Part shown: piece after piece, positions 35,834 through 44,673 of the stretch
How positions within the stretch are numbered: position 1 is the stretch's first letter
Layout of the letters: each line of letters opens with the position of its first letter
DNA from: an uncultured Gammaproteobacteria bacterium
GTDB lineage: Bacteria > Pseudomonadota > Gammaproteobacteria > Steroidobacterales > Rariloculaceae
Reading direction: 5' to 3'
NCBI GenBank assembly: GCA_963782445.1
Contig: CAWAJM010000001.1
Coordinates: 2,930,666-2,994,665, forward strand
DNA length: 64,000 nucleotides
Translations under genes and position numbers: made by a program
Notes under the pieces: model-generated
What the model was told of the DNA's origin: nothing
Databases searched by the model: none
Seen by the model: only the letters and a program-made list of their open reading frames with translations

Positions 35834-36987
35834 TTTCGCTGCTGGGCCGCGGCCACCGCCGTATAGACGGCGCGCGTCGATTCGGCTGCCCGCCGCCAGC
35901 TATAGCGCGCGAAGTCGAAAGCCGTCGGAGCCGCGGCGGGCGGCCTACCGGACGCAGCCTCCTCGAGAAGCCGTGCGAGGGTCGCTATGTCGCCGACCTC
36001 GAACAGGCTGTCCGCGGAGATTGGCAATGCGCGGTTCTCGGGCAGGTCGCTGGCCAGAATCGGTGCTCCGTAGCTCAATGCCTCCAGAAGCGCGATCGGA
36101 TGCCCCTCGAGGGACGATGGGAGAACGAACACGCCGCAGTGCGAGAACAGCTCACGGAGATCTCGGCCACGCCGGAAGCCGGCGACGACGATGCGGGGGT
36201 TTCGCTCGCAACGCTCGACGACCTGCCGGGCATACGGATCTTCCTCGTCTCGGGCGCCGACGAGTACGAGTTTCCAATCGTCTACGGCGGCTCGCTCGAA
36301 GGCATCAACGAGATCGAGTTGTCGCTTAACCTGATCGAGCCGCGCTACGCAAAGTGCGTAGCGGCCTTGGCGAATGCCGAGCTCATCGAGCACGTGCGTG
36401 GTCGCCGCCCGCACGGTCCGCGGCACTCCGTTCGGAATCAGCCACGGTCGAACGCCGTACCGGCCGCGCACCGTCTCCTCCAGAAGGTCAGAGACGACGA
36501 TGGGGGCGTGGGCGTAACGCATGCCCATTCGCTCACCGGCCGTCAACAGAAGACGAGCCAAAGTGCCCCACTTCTCTCGACGGTAATCGGCGGCATGGTG
36601 CGTGACAACCACGCGCAGACCCAGGAGCCTGGCGAGCGGGGCCAGCAGCGCCGGACCGACGCCGTGCAGGTGCAGAATGTCGGGGCGCTTCAGCGCGGCG
36701 TAACAGAGCCCTAGAACCGAATGCACCGCGGTTTCGAGCCCCGTTCGTCGCGGCGCCCAAACGTACCGAAGCCTTACGCGATGCCATTCCCGCGGGCGCC
36801 GGACTGGAAAATAACGAGATCGCTGTATTACTTCCACCTCACACCCAAGCCGGGCCAGCAACGGGTAGAGATTTCTCGAATGTGTCTCGATGCCGCCTTG
36901 AACTTCGACAATGCCGCGCAGGCCGAGAACAAGGACTCGAATACGCGGTTTCTTCTTCGGAATTACTCGTCGCGCAGCGACCGCCAT
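35830..36987 (-). CDS. Glycosyltransferase family 4 (GT-B)
   Basis: 385 aa from ATG 36987 (AGGAGG 5-6 nt upstream). RIRVLVLGLRGIVEVQGGIETH N-terminus and PSSLEGHPIALLEALSYGAPILASD. Confidence 0.8.
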   Translation of the reverse strand: MAVAARRVIPKKKPRIRVLVLGLRGIVEVQGGIETHSRNLYPLLARLGCEVEVIQRSRYFPVRRPREWHRVRLRYVWAPRRTGLETAVHSVLGLCYAALKRPDILHLHGVGPALLAPLARLLGLRVVVTHHAADYRREKWGTLARLLLTAGERMGMRYAHAPIVVSDLLEETVRGRYGVRPWLIPNGVPRTVRAATTHVLDELGIRQGRYALCVARLDQVKRQLDLVDAFERAAVDDWKLVLVGARDEEDPYARQVVERCERNPRIVVAGFRRGRDLRELFSHCGVFVLPSSLEGHPIALLEALSYGAPILASDLPENRALPISADSLFEVGDIATLARLLEEAASGRPPAAAPTAFDFARYSWRRAAESTRAVYTAVAAAQQRN

Positions 36988-37116
36988 AGAGCCTCCTGCC
37001 CCCCGGATCGAGGTCCCGTTCGGCGCGCGTCCGCTCGCCCGAACGAAACGAATGGCTGCGAGGCGACGTATTATCGGCCACGGGAAGAATTGTTGTTTGG
37101 ACCTGCGGAACGGGCG

Positions 37117-37133
37117 GTGCAAATTGCATGCCA
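37117..37133 (-). promoter_or_regulatory. Sigma-54 promoter TGGCATGCAATTTGCAC (minus strand) for the GT4-GT4-wzy-GT4 operon
   Basis: Strict consensus match in the divergent intergenic region, about 130 nt upstream of ATG 36987. Confidence 0.7.
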
Positions 37134-37347
37134 CGGGCGGCAGCACTCCTGTCGTTGCGCTCTGCCGCGAGGAGCCCGAGGCCGCGGCCTCCCGGATTTG
37201 CTGTTCCGCCTTGCAAAACTTGTAAGTGTCGCAATGCCTCCGGCGCCGCCTCCACTATCGTTCCGTTCCCGGAGCTTTCCTGAATAGCGTTTTGCTGCGG
37301 GCACTGCCATCGGGTCCCGGTTGGCGCACGATCGGCCGGGCCGCCCA

Positions 37348-37364
37348 TGGCATGCAAATTGCTT
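37348..37364 (+). promoter_or_regulatory. Sigma-54 promoter TGGCATGCAAATTGCTT for the priming glycosyltransferase gene
   Basis: Strict consensus match, nearly identical to the motifs at 37117-37133 and 44621-44637. It overlaps the first ATG (37347) of the track ORF, so the real start is further downstream. Confidence 0.7.
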
Positions 37365-37424
37365 CGGCTGAGTCACGAAGACCTATTCGCGCTAAGAAGA
37401 CTCAACCACGCTGAAGAGTGGGCT

Positions 37425-38828
37425 TTGGCCAACACCTATTACAAGTTCGGCTTCGCTCCATTGCTATTCTCGGCAATGGAGAGCATCGCGGCCCCGGCGA
37501 TATCGACGGGCGTGTTGCTTGCCGCAACGCAGGCACTGGGCGTTCCGCTTACGCAGCCATACATTCTGCTGGCCATCTTCTCCGCGCTCCTGTGCTTCAC
37601 CTTCATTCGGCCGGAGACGAAGCAGCACCGCTTCGTGCTGCCGAGCGGCTGGGCCATCGCGACGCGGATCGCTCTGGCATGGTTAGCCGTCGTCGGCATC
37701 CTGCTGCTCATCGGCTACGCGACGAAGATCTCCGAATACTATTCCAGGCGGGCACTGTTCCTCTGGTTCGTCACAACACCGCCCCTGTTGGTGGCCGCGC
37801 CGCTGCTCCTGCGCCAGTGCGCGCGCCGCATCGCGGTGGCCTCGGGCAATGCCCGGACCGTCGTGATCGCCGGCATCAACGACATGAGCCAGCAGCTCGC
37901 CCAAACGATTGCCGCAAGGCCCGAGTTTGGCCTGGAGCAACTGGGATTCTTCGAGGATCGCTGCACCTATCGCGTCGTCAGCGAGGAAAGCCCTATTCCG
38001 GTCCTCGGCCGGCTTGCGGAGCTGCCCGAGTACGTGAAGCGCCATCGAGTCGACGTCATTTTCGTCGCGATGCCGCATCATCTCGAGCGCACGAAGACGC
38101 TGCTTCATGCGCTGCGCGATACCACGGCGTCCGTGTACCTGATCCCGGAGATCTCGTTCATCGATCTCATTCAGACGAGAGCCGACGAGATCAGCGGCAT
38201 TCCCGTCATCGCGCTGTGCGAGACCCCGTTCCACGGCTGGCACGGGTTCGAGAAGCGCGCGACCGATATCGCGTTGGCATCGTTGATGCTCGTCGTCGCC
38301 GTGCCCGTCATGCTGCTCATCATGCTCGGCATCAGGCTCACGAGCCCGGGCGGCGTGATTTTCAGGCAGCGCCGCTACGGGCTCGACGGCGAGGAGATCA
38401 TCGTCTACAAATTCCGTACGATGACCGTAACGGAGGACGGGCCGAAAATACGTCAGGCCACTCGGGACGATCCTCGCGTGACTGCATTTGGTCGGTTTCT
38501 GCGGCGCTACTCCCTCGACGAGCTCCCGCAGCTCATCAACGTGCTGCAGGGGCGCATGAGCCTCGTCGGCCCGCGTCCTCACGCCGTCGCCCACAACGAG
38601 GAGTATCGCAAGCAGATCGACGGCTACATGGTGCGCCACAAGGTCGCCCCGGGCATCACGGGTCTAGCTCAGATCAATGGCTGTCGCGGCGAGACGAGCA
38701 ACCTCATCGAAATGAAGCGGCGCATCGACTACGACCTCGACTACCTGCGCCGCTGGTCCCTGATGCTAGACCTGAAGATCCTGTGCAAGACGATTGCGAT
38801 TATGTTCAGGGGGGAAGGCGCCTACTGA
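37425..38828 (+). CDS. Undecaprenyl-phosphate hexose-1-phosphate transferase (WcaJ/WbaP-like priming polyprenyl glycosylphosphotransferase)
   Basis: C-terminal bacterial sugar transferase domain (KRATDIALASLMLVV..PGGVIFRQRRYGLDGEEIIVYKFRTM..DELPQLINVLQGRMSLVGPRP..PGITGLAQ) preceded by 4-5 TM helices. The start is uncertain (TTG 37425 or ATG 37476). ATG 37347 is rejected because it lies inside the promoter. Confidence 0.85.
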   Translation: MANTYYKFGFAPLLFSAMESIAAPAISTGVLLAATQALGVPLTQPYILLAIFSALLCFTFIRPETKQHRFVLPSGWAIATRIALAWLAVVGILLLIGYATKISEYYSRRALFLWFVTTPPLLVAAPLLLRQCARRIAVASGNARTVVIAGINDMSQQLAQTIAARPEFGLEQLGFFEDRCTYRVVSEESPIPVLGRLAELPEYVKRHRVDVIFVAMPHHLERTKTLLHALRDTTASVYLIPEISFIDLIQTRADEISGIPVIALCETPFHGWHGFEKRATDIALASLMLVVAVPVMLLIMLGIRLTSPGGVIFRQRRYGLDGEEIIVYKFRTMTVTEDGPKIRQATRDDPRVTAFGRFLRRYSLDELPQLINVLQGRMSLVGPRPHAVAHNEEYRKQIDGYMVRHKVAPGITGLAQINGCRGETSNLIEMKRRIDYDLDYLRRWSLMLDLKILCKTIAIMFRGEGAY

Positions 38829-40027
38829 GCGCCGTCGGCTGCCGCCGGTCCGACCGCTGCCACGGGGGAGCGACCGGCGCGCGCTTCGAGGCCGAGCAAA
38901 GCCGCGACGCGGTCGATAGCCGCCGTCGAGTGGCGCTCGATCGCATACGTGCGGGCCCGCTCGCCGATTTCCTTCCGCAGCCTCGAGCACTCGAGCAGGT
39001 GACGCAGGGCCTGCGCAAGCCCTTGCTCGTCGTTCGCAACACGGCCGAAACCGCTTTGGCTCAACAGGCCGTCCGGGTCGACGTGCAGGCTGACCACCGG
39101 CACCCGGCGCATCCAAGCCTGGATGAACGTGTTGGAAAACCCTTCGTAGTCGCTCGTATTCACGAGCACGTGCGCCCGCTCGAGAAGTCTACCGACCTCC
39201 TCCTGACGTTGCACGCCGAGATAGTCGACGTTCGGGGCGGCGCTGATGGCAGCCATGACCTCGTCGAGCCAGCGCCCTCGCCCTCCTGCAGCGCCGACCA
39301 TGACGAAGCGCACGTCCTCCCGGGCCTCGAACTGCTTGGCCAAGCGCACGAAGGCGGCAGGGTTCTTCAATGGCTTGAAATTGGCTATCCAGACCACCTC
39401 GAGGGGCGACGCCGGCTTCTCCGCGCTCCCGTCGACAGGCGGCACGGGATGAAAGTTCGGCACGACGAGTGCATCGGAACGCCCGAAGTTGGCCGCGAGC
39501 TCCGCCTTCTGAGTCTCGGTCTGGGCAAGAATCAAATCGGCATGCTCTATTCCATACTCCAGGAAACGCTGCTCGATGGCGTAGTGCAACCGCGCCCACT
39601 GCACTCGTTGGCGTCGCACGCTGCGATCGCTCGTGACCCGCCATACCATGCGCGCGCCGTTGCGGCGGGCATAGTGAGCAGCGATGCCCGTGTATGCACA
39701 GCCGACTTGCTGATAGATGATATCCGGCCGTACCTGCACAAGCGCCGAGTAGAGCCTGCGGACGTTGAAAAACAGCCCGTAACGGCGAATCCCGCCGAGC
39801 GTAGAGAACTTGACGATGCGGTAACCATGCGGCTCGAAGCCCGGGGCCGTACGGGCGGCCAGGAAGTACAGCTCGGCCTCGTATCGCTCGAGCAGATGTT
39901 CGATAAGGAGCTTCGCCTGGTACTGGGAGCCGCCCATCACTGCGGCCCAATGCGTCGGCAGCACGACACAGACTCTTGGGACGCGCCGGGCCGGCGTGCC
40001 GGTCGAGGCCGGGGCCGTGTCAGGCAC
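38822..40027 (-). CDS. Glycosyltransferase family 4 (GT-B)
   Basis: 401 aa. RVCVVLPTHWAAVMGGSQYQ N-terminus and NTSDYEGFSNTFIQAWMRRVPVVS. Its 3' end overlaps the convergent PGT gene by 7 bp. Confidence 0.85.
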   Translation of the reverse strand: MPDTAPASTGTPARRVPRVCVVLPTHWAAVMGGSQYQAKLLIEHLLERYEAELYFLAARTAPGFEPHGYRIVKFSTLGGIRRYGLFFNVRRLYSALVQVRPDIIYQQVGCAYTGIAAHYARRNGARMVWRVTSDRSVRRQRVQWARLHYAIEQRFLEYGIEHADLILAQTETQKAELAANFGRSDALVVPNFHPVPPVDGSAEKPASPLEVVWIANFKPLKNPAAFVRLAKQFEAREDVRFVMVGAAGGRGRWLDEVMAAISAAPNVDYLGVQRQEEVGRLLERAHVLVNTSDYEGFSNTFIQAWMRRVPVVSLHVDPDGLLSQSGFGRVANDEQGLAQALRHLLECSRLRKEIGERARTYAIERHSTAAIDRVAALLGLEARAGRSPVAAVGPAAADGAQ

Positions 40028-40820
40028 AGCCGAACCTCAACGCCAGCGCGCAGGCCCGCTCGTACACCGGCCGGCAAAGCTCATCGACACGCTCCGCCTG
40101 CCGCCCGCTCCATGGCTCACGCTTGGCCGAGCGCGTGTGGATGGTCTCGAGCAGTTCGCTCCGGTAGGGCAGATCCGCAAAACGCAGCAGGGCCGGGATC
40201 GACGCTTCTTTGTTCAAGACCATGTCATTGTACTCGACAACCAACAGTCTATTCTCCGGCAGTCGACCGGCGAGCTCGAACGTCTGCGCGGTCTTTGCAG
40301 AATAGGCCGCGCACGCCTTGTCCAACGACGACTGCCACAGGGCCCGGGCGGCCCGCAACGCGCCGCCGCTCGTGGGCGATTCCCGGCCGCAGGCGTTGTA
40401 GAGCCTGCGCAGGGCCGCCCGGGACCAATTGTTCAGCATCGAATGCACAACGGCTCTCGGCTCCCTGACAATCCAAAGGAGGCGAAAATTGCCGTGCTCG
40501 AAATACTCGAAGACCCGATCGTTGAGATATGTAGTTTGGAAGCACGGCCTCCCCTCGAGCGGCAATTCCGCATAGCCGCAAAGGAGCAGCGCGGCGTCGA
40601 GCTCGTCGTCGACTCCAAAACGATGGTCGGCAACGCCTTCGGCCTTCGAGAGCATGCGCGCGACGGCCGTTGTCCCGGAACGTTGGCATCCGGCCACGAG
40701 AAGGGGGTCGGGATAGCGCTCGAGCTCGCCGAGCAGCTTCCTGCCGGGCTTTACGCAGCGGTGAAATCGGGCCCACGACTCGACTTTCGGGCCCCGCCAT
40801 ACGACCTTCTCGTTCTGCAT
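40020..40820 (-). CDS. Sulfotransferase-family protein (PAPS-dependent type)
   Basis: 266 aa from ATG 40820 (MQNEKVV). 5'-PSB loop LVAGCQRSGTTAVARML and a 3'-PB-like WIVREPRAVVHS. The longer track ORF (to 41024) would include the sigma-54 promoter and is rejected. Confidence 0.75.
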   Translation of the reverse strand: MQNEKVVWRGPKVESWARFHRCVKPGRKLLGELERYPDPLLVAGCQRSGTTAVARMLSKAEGVADHRFGVDDELDAALLLCGYAELPLEGRPCFQTTYLNDRVFEYFEHGNFRLLWIVREPRAVVHSMLNNWSRAALRRLYNACGRESPTSGGALRAARALWQSSLDKACAAYSAKTAQTFELAGRLPENRLLVVEYNDMVLNKEASIPALLRFADLPYRSELLETIHTRSAKREPWSGRQAERVDELCRPVYERACALALRFGCA

Positions 40821-40862
40821 CTGGTTTGGTGTGTTTCGGATTCGCTGTCGACCGCGCCATTT

Positions 40863-40879
40863 CTGCAAATTTCGTTCCA
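40863..40879 (-). promoter_or_regulatory. Sigma-54 promoter TGGAACGAAATTTGCAG (minus strand) for the sulfotransferase-GT4 unit
   Basis: GG-N10-GC register is correct and the -12 is TTTGCA. It lies 45 nt upstream of ATG 40820. Confidence 0.6.
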
Positions 40880-41219
40880 GCTCGACCAGCGCGCAAGTCG
40901 GCGCTCTGCCCCGCCGGCGGCGGTCAGTTCCAACGGTGCGAATCTTCCATGATCCGATGCCCGGCGAATTCGGAAACTGTCTCCATTTGCCGACTGTTGA
41001 CCCGCAGGGTCGACTCATCGACACTCCTTCTCACACCGAGGGCAGACCCATCGAAAGGTGGGGACGCAAAACCACGGGTCTAACGCGAGCACATCGCTAT
41101 GATCGCCGGGTTGCAGGGTTTCGTAGTCGAATGCCTCAGGCCATCGCCATGCGGGGCCATTGCAGTCCTGGATTCTCGCAGTGCTCTTCCTAACGGGCAT
41201 CACGGCAAAGGATTGAAGT

Positions 41220-42728
41220 ATGGCGATGCGAAACCTTCTCGCTTGTCTCTTACTGAGCTTTGCGGTCTATGCAAATGGATACGCAGCCACCTACTACGTG
41301 CGCAACGGTGGCGACGATTCGGCCGACGGCAAGAGCCCCGCTACGGCATGGGCGACGATCGGCAAAGTCAATTCGCATTCCTTCTCGGCGGGCGACTCGG
41401 TACTGTTCCATGAAGGCGACACATGGACCGGCGCTACGCTCGGGATAGGCTGGTCCGGGACGAGCTCCAAGCAGGCCGTGATCGGCGCCTACTACGTCGA
41501 CGCCGGACAACCGCAAACGGGATTTCGTACCAGGCGGCCGACCATCGACGGCCAGAAGAAGTATCCGTCGTCGCACTATGCGCCGCTTGTGGAGGTCAAG
41601 GGCGATAACGTCCGCGTCCAGGATCTCGCGATCGTAAACTCTCAGGGTCGCGGGATCGTGTTCGATTCGGTCTCCGACGACCATGCCGTGAACCTCGTGC
41701 TCTCGAGCATCTATGACGGCTCGATCAAGTTCCTGACATGCTCCGGTTGCCTCGCCGAGGGCAATACGGTATCGGATTCGGACCGGGTCTGGCCCGAAGC
41801 TCACAAGACTTGGTCAGCTGCGATCTCTGCGAACGGTTCCTCGAACGTCGTCATCCGCGGGAACAATGTCATTCACGAGTACGGTGAAGGCATCAACGTC
41901 TTCGGCGGCAGCAAGAACTCGATCATCGAGCACAATTACCTGTTCGGGGTCCGCGCGGTCGGAATCTATTCCGACGGGGCTCCCAGCACCACCATCCGGT
42001 ACAACATTGTGGTGGGCGCGAACGATTCCAGGTTCTGGAGGAACGGGAAGGCATCCGGCGCGGGCATCGCCCTAAACAACGAAAGCTATCACTATGCGGG
42101 CCATGGCGGCTCGCAGAGCACGAGCGTTCAGTCAAAGAACGCCAAGATATACGGCAATCTCGTTGCTTATACCAACGACGGCATCGCCATCTGGGGTCAG
42201 CTCGACGGCTCGAGCTTCGACAACACCATGATCTACAACAACACGCTGGTTGACAACGACGTTCAGTTCGCGAGCCTGGACAATAGACCGATGCCGAATT
42301 CGCAGTTCATGAACAACATCCTCATGAGCATCAGCTCGGGAACGGCGGACGTGAATTCGTCCAGCCTCTCCGGGTTAGTTGCGAAGAATAACTACTTCAG
42401 CCAGGGCGACCCGGGCGGAACGTTTTCGAGCTCCGGCAACGTATATAAAGGCCTCCAGCTCGCGCGCATGAGCGGATGGCGCAGCGTAACGGACCCTGCA
42501 AGCGTCAGTTGGCGGGATTTCCAGATTGCGCCCGGCGGCTCGACGATCGGCGCAGGCAATTCGACGCCGCTCAAGAACGCGACCGCCAACGATTCCTACA
42601 ACATGGACTTCAACGGAAAACCGCACAATCGGCCGCCCGACATGGGAGCCATCCGCTTCGGCACTCTGAAGCGCGTCCCGGGAACGCCGTCCGGTCTCAC
42701 GGCCACCAGTTCCGCCGGCACGACCTGA
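41220..42728 (+). CDS. Secreted right-handed parallel beta-helix repeat protein (polysaccharide lyase/epimerase/hydrolase-like), paralogue 1
   Basis: 502 aa. Signal peptide, ATYYVRNGGDDSADGKSPATAWATIGKV N-cap and repeated beta-helix rungs (VRVQDLAIVNSQGRGI, VIRGNNVIHEYGEGINV, IIEHNYLFGVRAVGIY). Confidence 0.75.
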   Translation: MAMRNLLACLLLSFAVYANGYAATYYVRNGGDDSADGKSPATAWATIGKVNSHSFSAGDSVLFHEGDTWTGATLGIGWSGTSSKQAVIGAYYVDAGQPQTGFRTRRPTIDGQKKYPSSHYAPLVEVKGDNVRVQDLAIVNSQGRGIVFDSVSDDHAVNLVLSSIYDGSIKFLTCSGCLAEGNTVSDSDRVWPEAHKTWSAAISANGSSNVVIRGNNVIHEYGEGINVFGGSKNSIIEHNYLFGVRAVGIYSDGAPSTTIRYNIVVGANDSRFWRNGKASGAGIALNNESYHYAGHGGSQSTSVQSKNAKIYGNLVAYTNDGIAIWGQLDGSSFDNTMIYNNTLVDNDVQFASLDNRPMPNSQFMNNILMSISSGTADVNSSSLSGLVAKNNYFSQGDPGGTFSSSGNVYKGLQLARMSGWRSVTDPASVSWRDFQIAPGGSTIGAGNSTPLKNATANDSYNMDFNGKPHNRPPDMGAIRFGTLKRVPGTPSGLTATSSAGTT

Positions 42729-42740
42729 GCGTCACCGTCA

Positions 42741-42767
42741 CCGGACGGCGCCGCACGCGCCGTCCGG
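42741..42767 (+). terminator. 11-bp perfect GC hairpin (CCGGACGGCGC-CGCAC-GCGCCGTCCGG) just after beta-helix gene 1; no U-tract
   Basis: Read directly; lies 13 nt after the stop codon. Confidence 0.45.
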
Positions 42768-43031
42768 CGGCGCATTCCGAGCACGTTGTCGTCGTTCGAC
42801 GACAATTGACCTTCGCTGTGCTACTCGTCACACTCCTTCGCCACCGCGGCCGGCACGCGGCACAGCCAGCCCGCCGCCCCGGCATCTTGTCCGAGCGTCA
42901 TCGCCGCGACGTAGCCCAACCAGGAAGTAAACCGCAAGTTCCAAGGTCCAAAGGTCCGGGGCTTGACCGGGGCAATCGTGTTCGCGGGCGAGCCGCGCTC
43001 ATCGAGTGGCATCCAGCCATGAGGGTCACGA

Positions 43032-44528
43032 ATGTATCCACGAATCGCACTCGGATTGGTCCTGGCATTGTCTCTTTCCGGCGCCTCTCGGGCCGCGACA
43101 TACTACGTGCGCCACGGCGGCGACGACTCGGCGGACGGCCTCAGCCCCGCCACGGCGTGGGCGACCTTGACCAAAGTCAGCTCCCACTCGTTCTCCGCGG
43201 GAGACAGCGTGCTGCTACACGAGGGCGATACATGGACCGGCCAAACGCTCGAAGTCGATTGGTCGGGCAAGAGCTCGAAGGAAGCCGTCGTCGGTGCCTA
43301 CTACATGAACGGTAGCCAGCCGGAGATCGGCTATCGCACGGCTCGTCCGACTTTGGACGGCCAGAAGAAGGTTCCATCCAGCCAATACGCCGCGATGGTG
43401 ACGGTCAAAGGGGATTGGATACGCGTCCAGGATCTCGCTATCGCAAACTCGGAAGGCCGCGGCATTTTGTTCGACGGCGTCTCGTCGGGGCAAGCCGTAG
43501 ACCTGCTGATATCGGCGGCCTTCGACGGCTCCATCAAATTCATGGATAGCCGGAACGGGCTGGCGGCCGGCAACACCATCACGGGCTCCGACAGGGTATT
43601 TCCCGAGACCGGTCGCGTCTGGTCCGCCGCGATCTCGGCCGGTCGCTCGACCGGCACGATCATCCGTGGCAATAACATCCTCGGGGACTACGGCGAAGGC
43701 ATCAACGTCTTCGAAAACAGCAGCGACTCTCTCATTGAACGCAACTACTTGTACGGCGTACGCGCCGTCAGCATCTATGCCGACGCCGCCCCGTCCACCA
43801 CCATTAGGTACAACATGGTTGTCGGGACGACCGATCGGCAGTTCTGGCGCAGTGCCGATTCCGTCGGCGCCGGCATCGCCCTGAACAACGAAAGCTACCA
43901 CTACCAGGGTCACGGCGGCACGTTGAGCAGCGGCGTGCAGTCGACGCACGCCAAGATATACGGCAACCTCGTGGCCTACACGAGCAGCGGTATCGGCATT
44001 TTCGGTCAGCTAGAGAACTCGCGCTTCGACGGCACGCTAATCTACAACAACACGTTAGTCGACAACGACGTTCAATTCGCGTTACTTACGGCTAATGTCC
44101 CATTGCCGAACTCGCAGTTCATCAACAACATTCTCCTGAGCCTGTCGCCCGGCACTAAGGACGTTAACGTCTCCTCGCTGAATGGCATGGTCGCGAAGAA
44201 CAATTACTTCAGCCAGGGCGATCCAGGCGGCGACTTCTCGAGCGCGGGCAACCGATATGACGGCATCGAGCTCGTCAAGATGACCGGCTGGCGAAGCGTC
44301 AAAGATTCCAAGGCATTGAGTTGGCGGGATTTCCAAGTCAAACCCGGGGCCTCGACGATCGGCGCAGGCGACGACACGCCGCGCACCAAGGCCACCAAGG
44401 CCGACACCTACAACGTCGACTACAACGGCAAGGCCTTTGGCGAACCGCTCGACATGGGCGGCTTGCGATTCGACTCTCTCCACCATGTTCCTGGCAGCCC
44501 GGGCGGGCTCAGTATCACGGCGCAATGA
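43032..44528 (+). CDS. Secreted right-handed parallel beta-helix repeat protein, paralogue 2
   Basis: 498 aa, colinear with 41220..42728 along the full length (ATYYVRHGGDDSADGLSPATAWATLTKV..., IIRGNNILGDYGEGINV, LIERNYLYGVRAVSIY, LIYNNTLVDNDVQFA). Confidence 0.75.
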   Translation: MYPRIALGLVLALSLSGASRAATYYVRHGGDDSADGLSPATAWATLTKVSSHSFSAGDSVLLHEGDTWTGQTLEVDWSGKSSKEAVVGAYYMNGSQPEIGYRTARPTLDGQKKVPSSQYAAMVTVKGDWIRVQDLAIANSEGRGILFDGVSSGQAVDLLISAAFDGSIKFMDSRNGLAAGNTITGSDRVFPETGRVWSAAISAGRSTGTIIRGNNILGDYGEGINVFENSSDSLIERNYLYGVRAVSIYADAAPSTTIRYNMVVGTTDRQFWRSADSVGAGIALNNESYHYQGHGGTLSSGVQSTHAKIYGNLVAYTSSGIGIFGQLENSRFDGTLIYNNTLVDNDVQFALLTANVPLPNSQFINNILLSLSPGTKDVNVSSLNGMVAKNNYFSQGDPGGDFSSAGNRYDGIELVKMTGWRSVKDSKALSWRDFQVKPGASTIGAGDDTPRTKATKADTYNVDYNGKAFGEPLDMGGLRFDSLHHVPGSPGGLSITAQ

Positions 44529-44620
44529 ACAGGTGGAGAATTTCCAGCATTTGGAATGAGCGCCGCCGACTCAGGGCGCGCAAGCCGCCGCGGCGATAGG
44601 AGACCGCGCGCCGGAACCAG

Positions 44621-44637
44621 TGGCATGCAACTTGCTT
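44621..44637 (+). promoter_or_regulatory. Sigma-54 promoter TGGCATGCAACTTGCTT for the OM beta-barrel gene
   Basis: Strict consensus match 37 nt upstream of ATG 44674. It overlaps the first ATG (44620) of the track ORF, which is therefore rejected as the start. Confidence 0.7.
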
Positions 44638-44673
44638 GTCGGAGCGGGGACCTTTTGGGGGCGAACACCAGCC

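Noticed and set aside
41169-41185. Sigma-54-like motif TGGATTCTCGCAGTGCT, 36 nt upstream of beta-helix gene 1.
   Set aside because: The GG to GC spacing is one nucleotide too long and the -24 element is poor. Sigma-54 spacing is normally invariant, so it is not called as a promoter.
44541-44555. Inverted repeat TTCCA-N5-TGGAA, 66-80 nt upstream of the 44621 promoter. A similar TTCCA-N5-TGGGAA / GGAA-N4-TTCC cluster lies at 16783-16806. Considered as a shared enhancer (UAS) site.
   Set aside because: Only two loose occurrences were found, and nothing comparable upstream of the other sigma-54 promoters. Formal motif discovery is needed before any claim.
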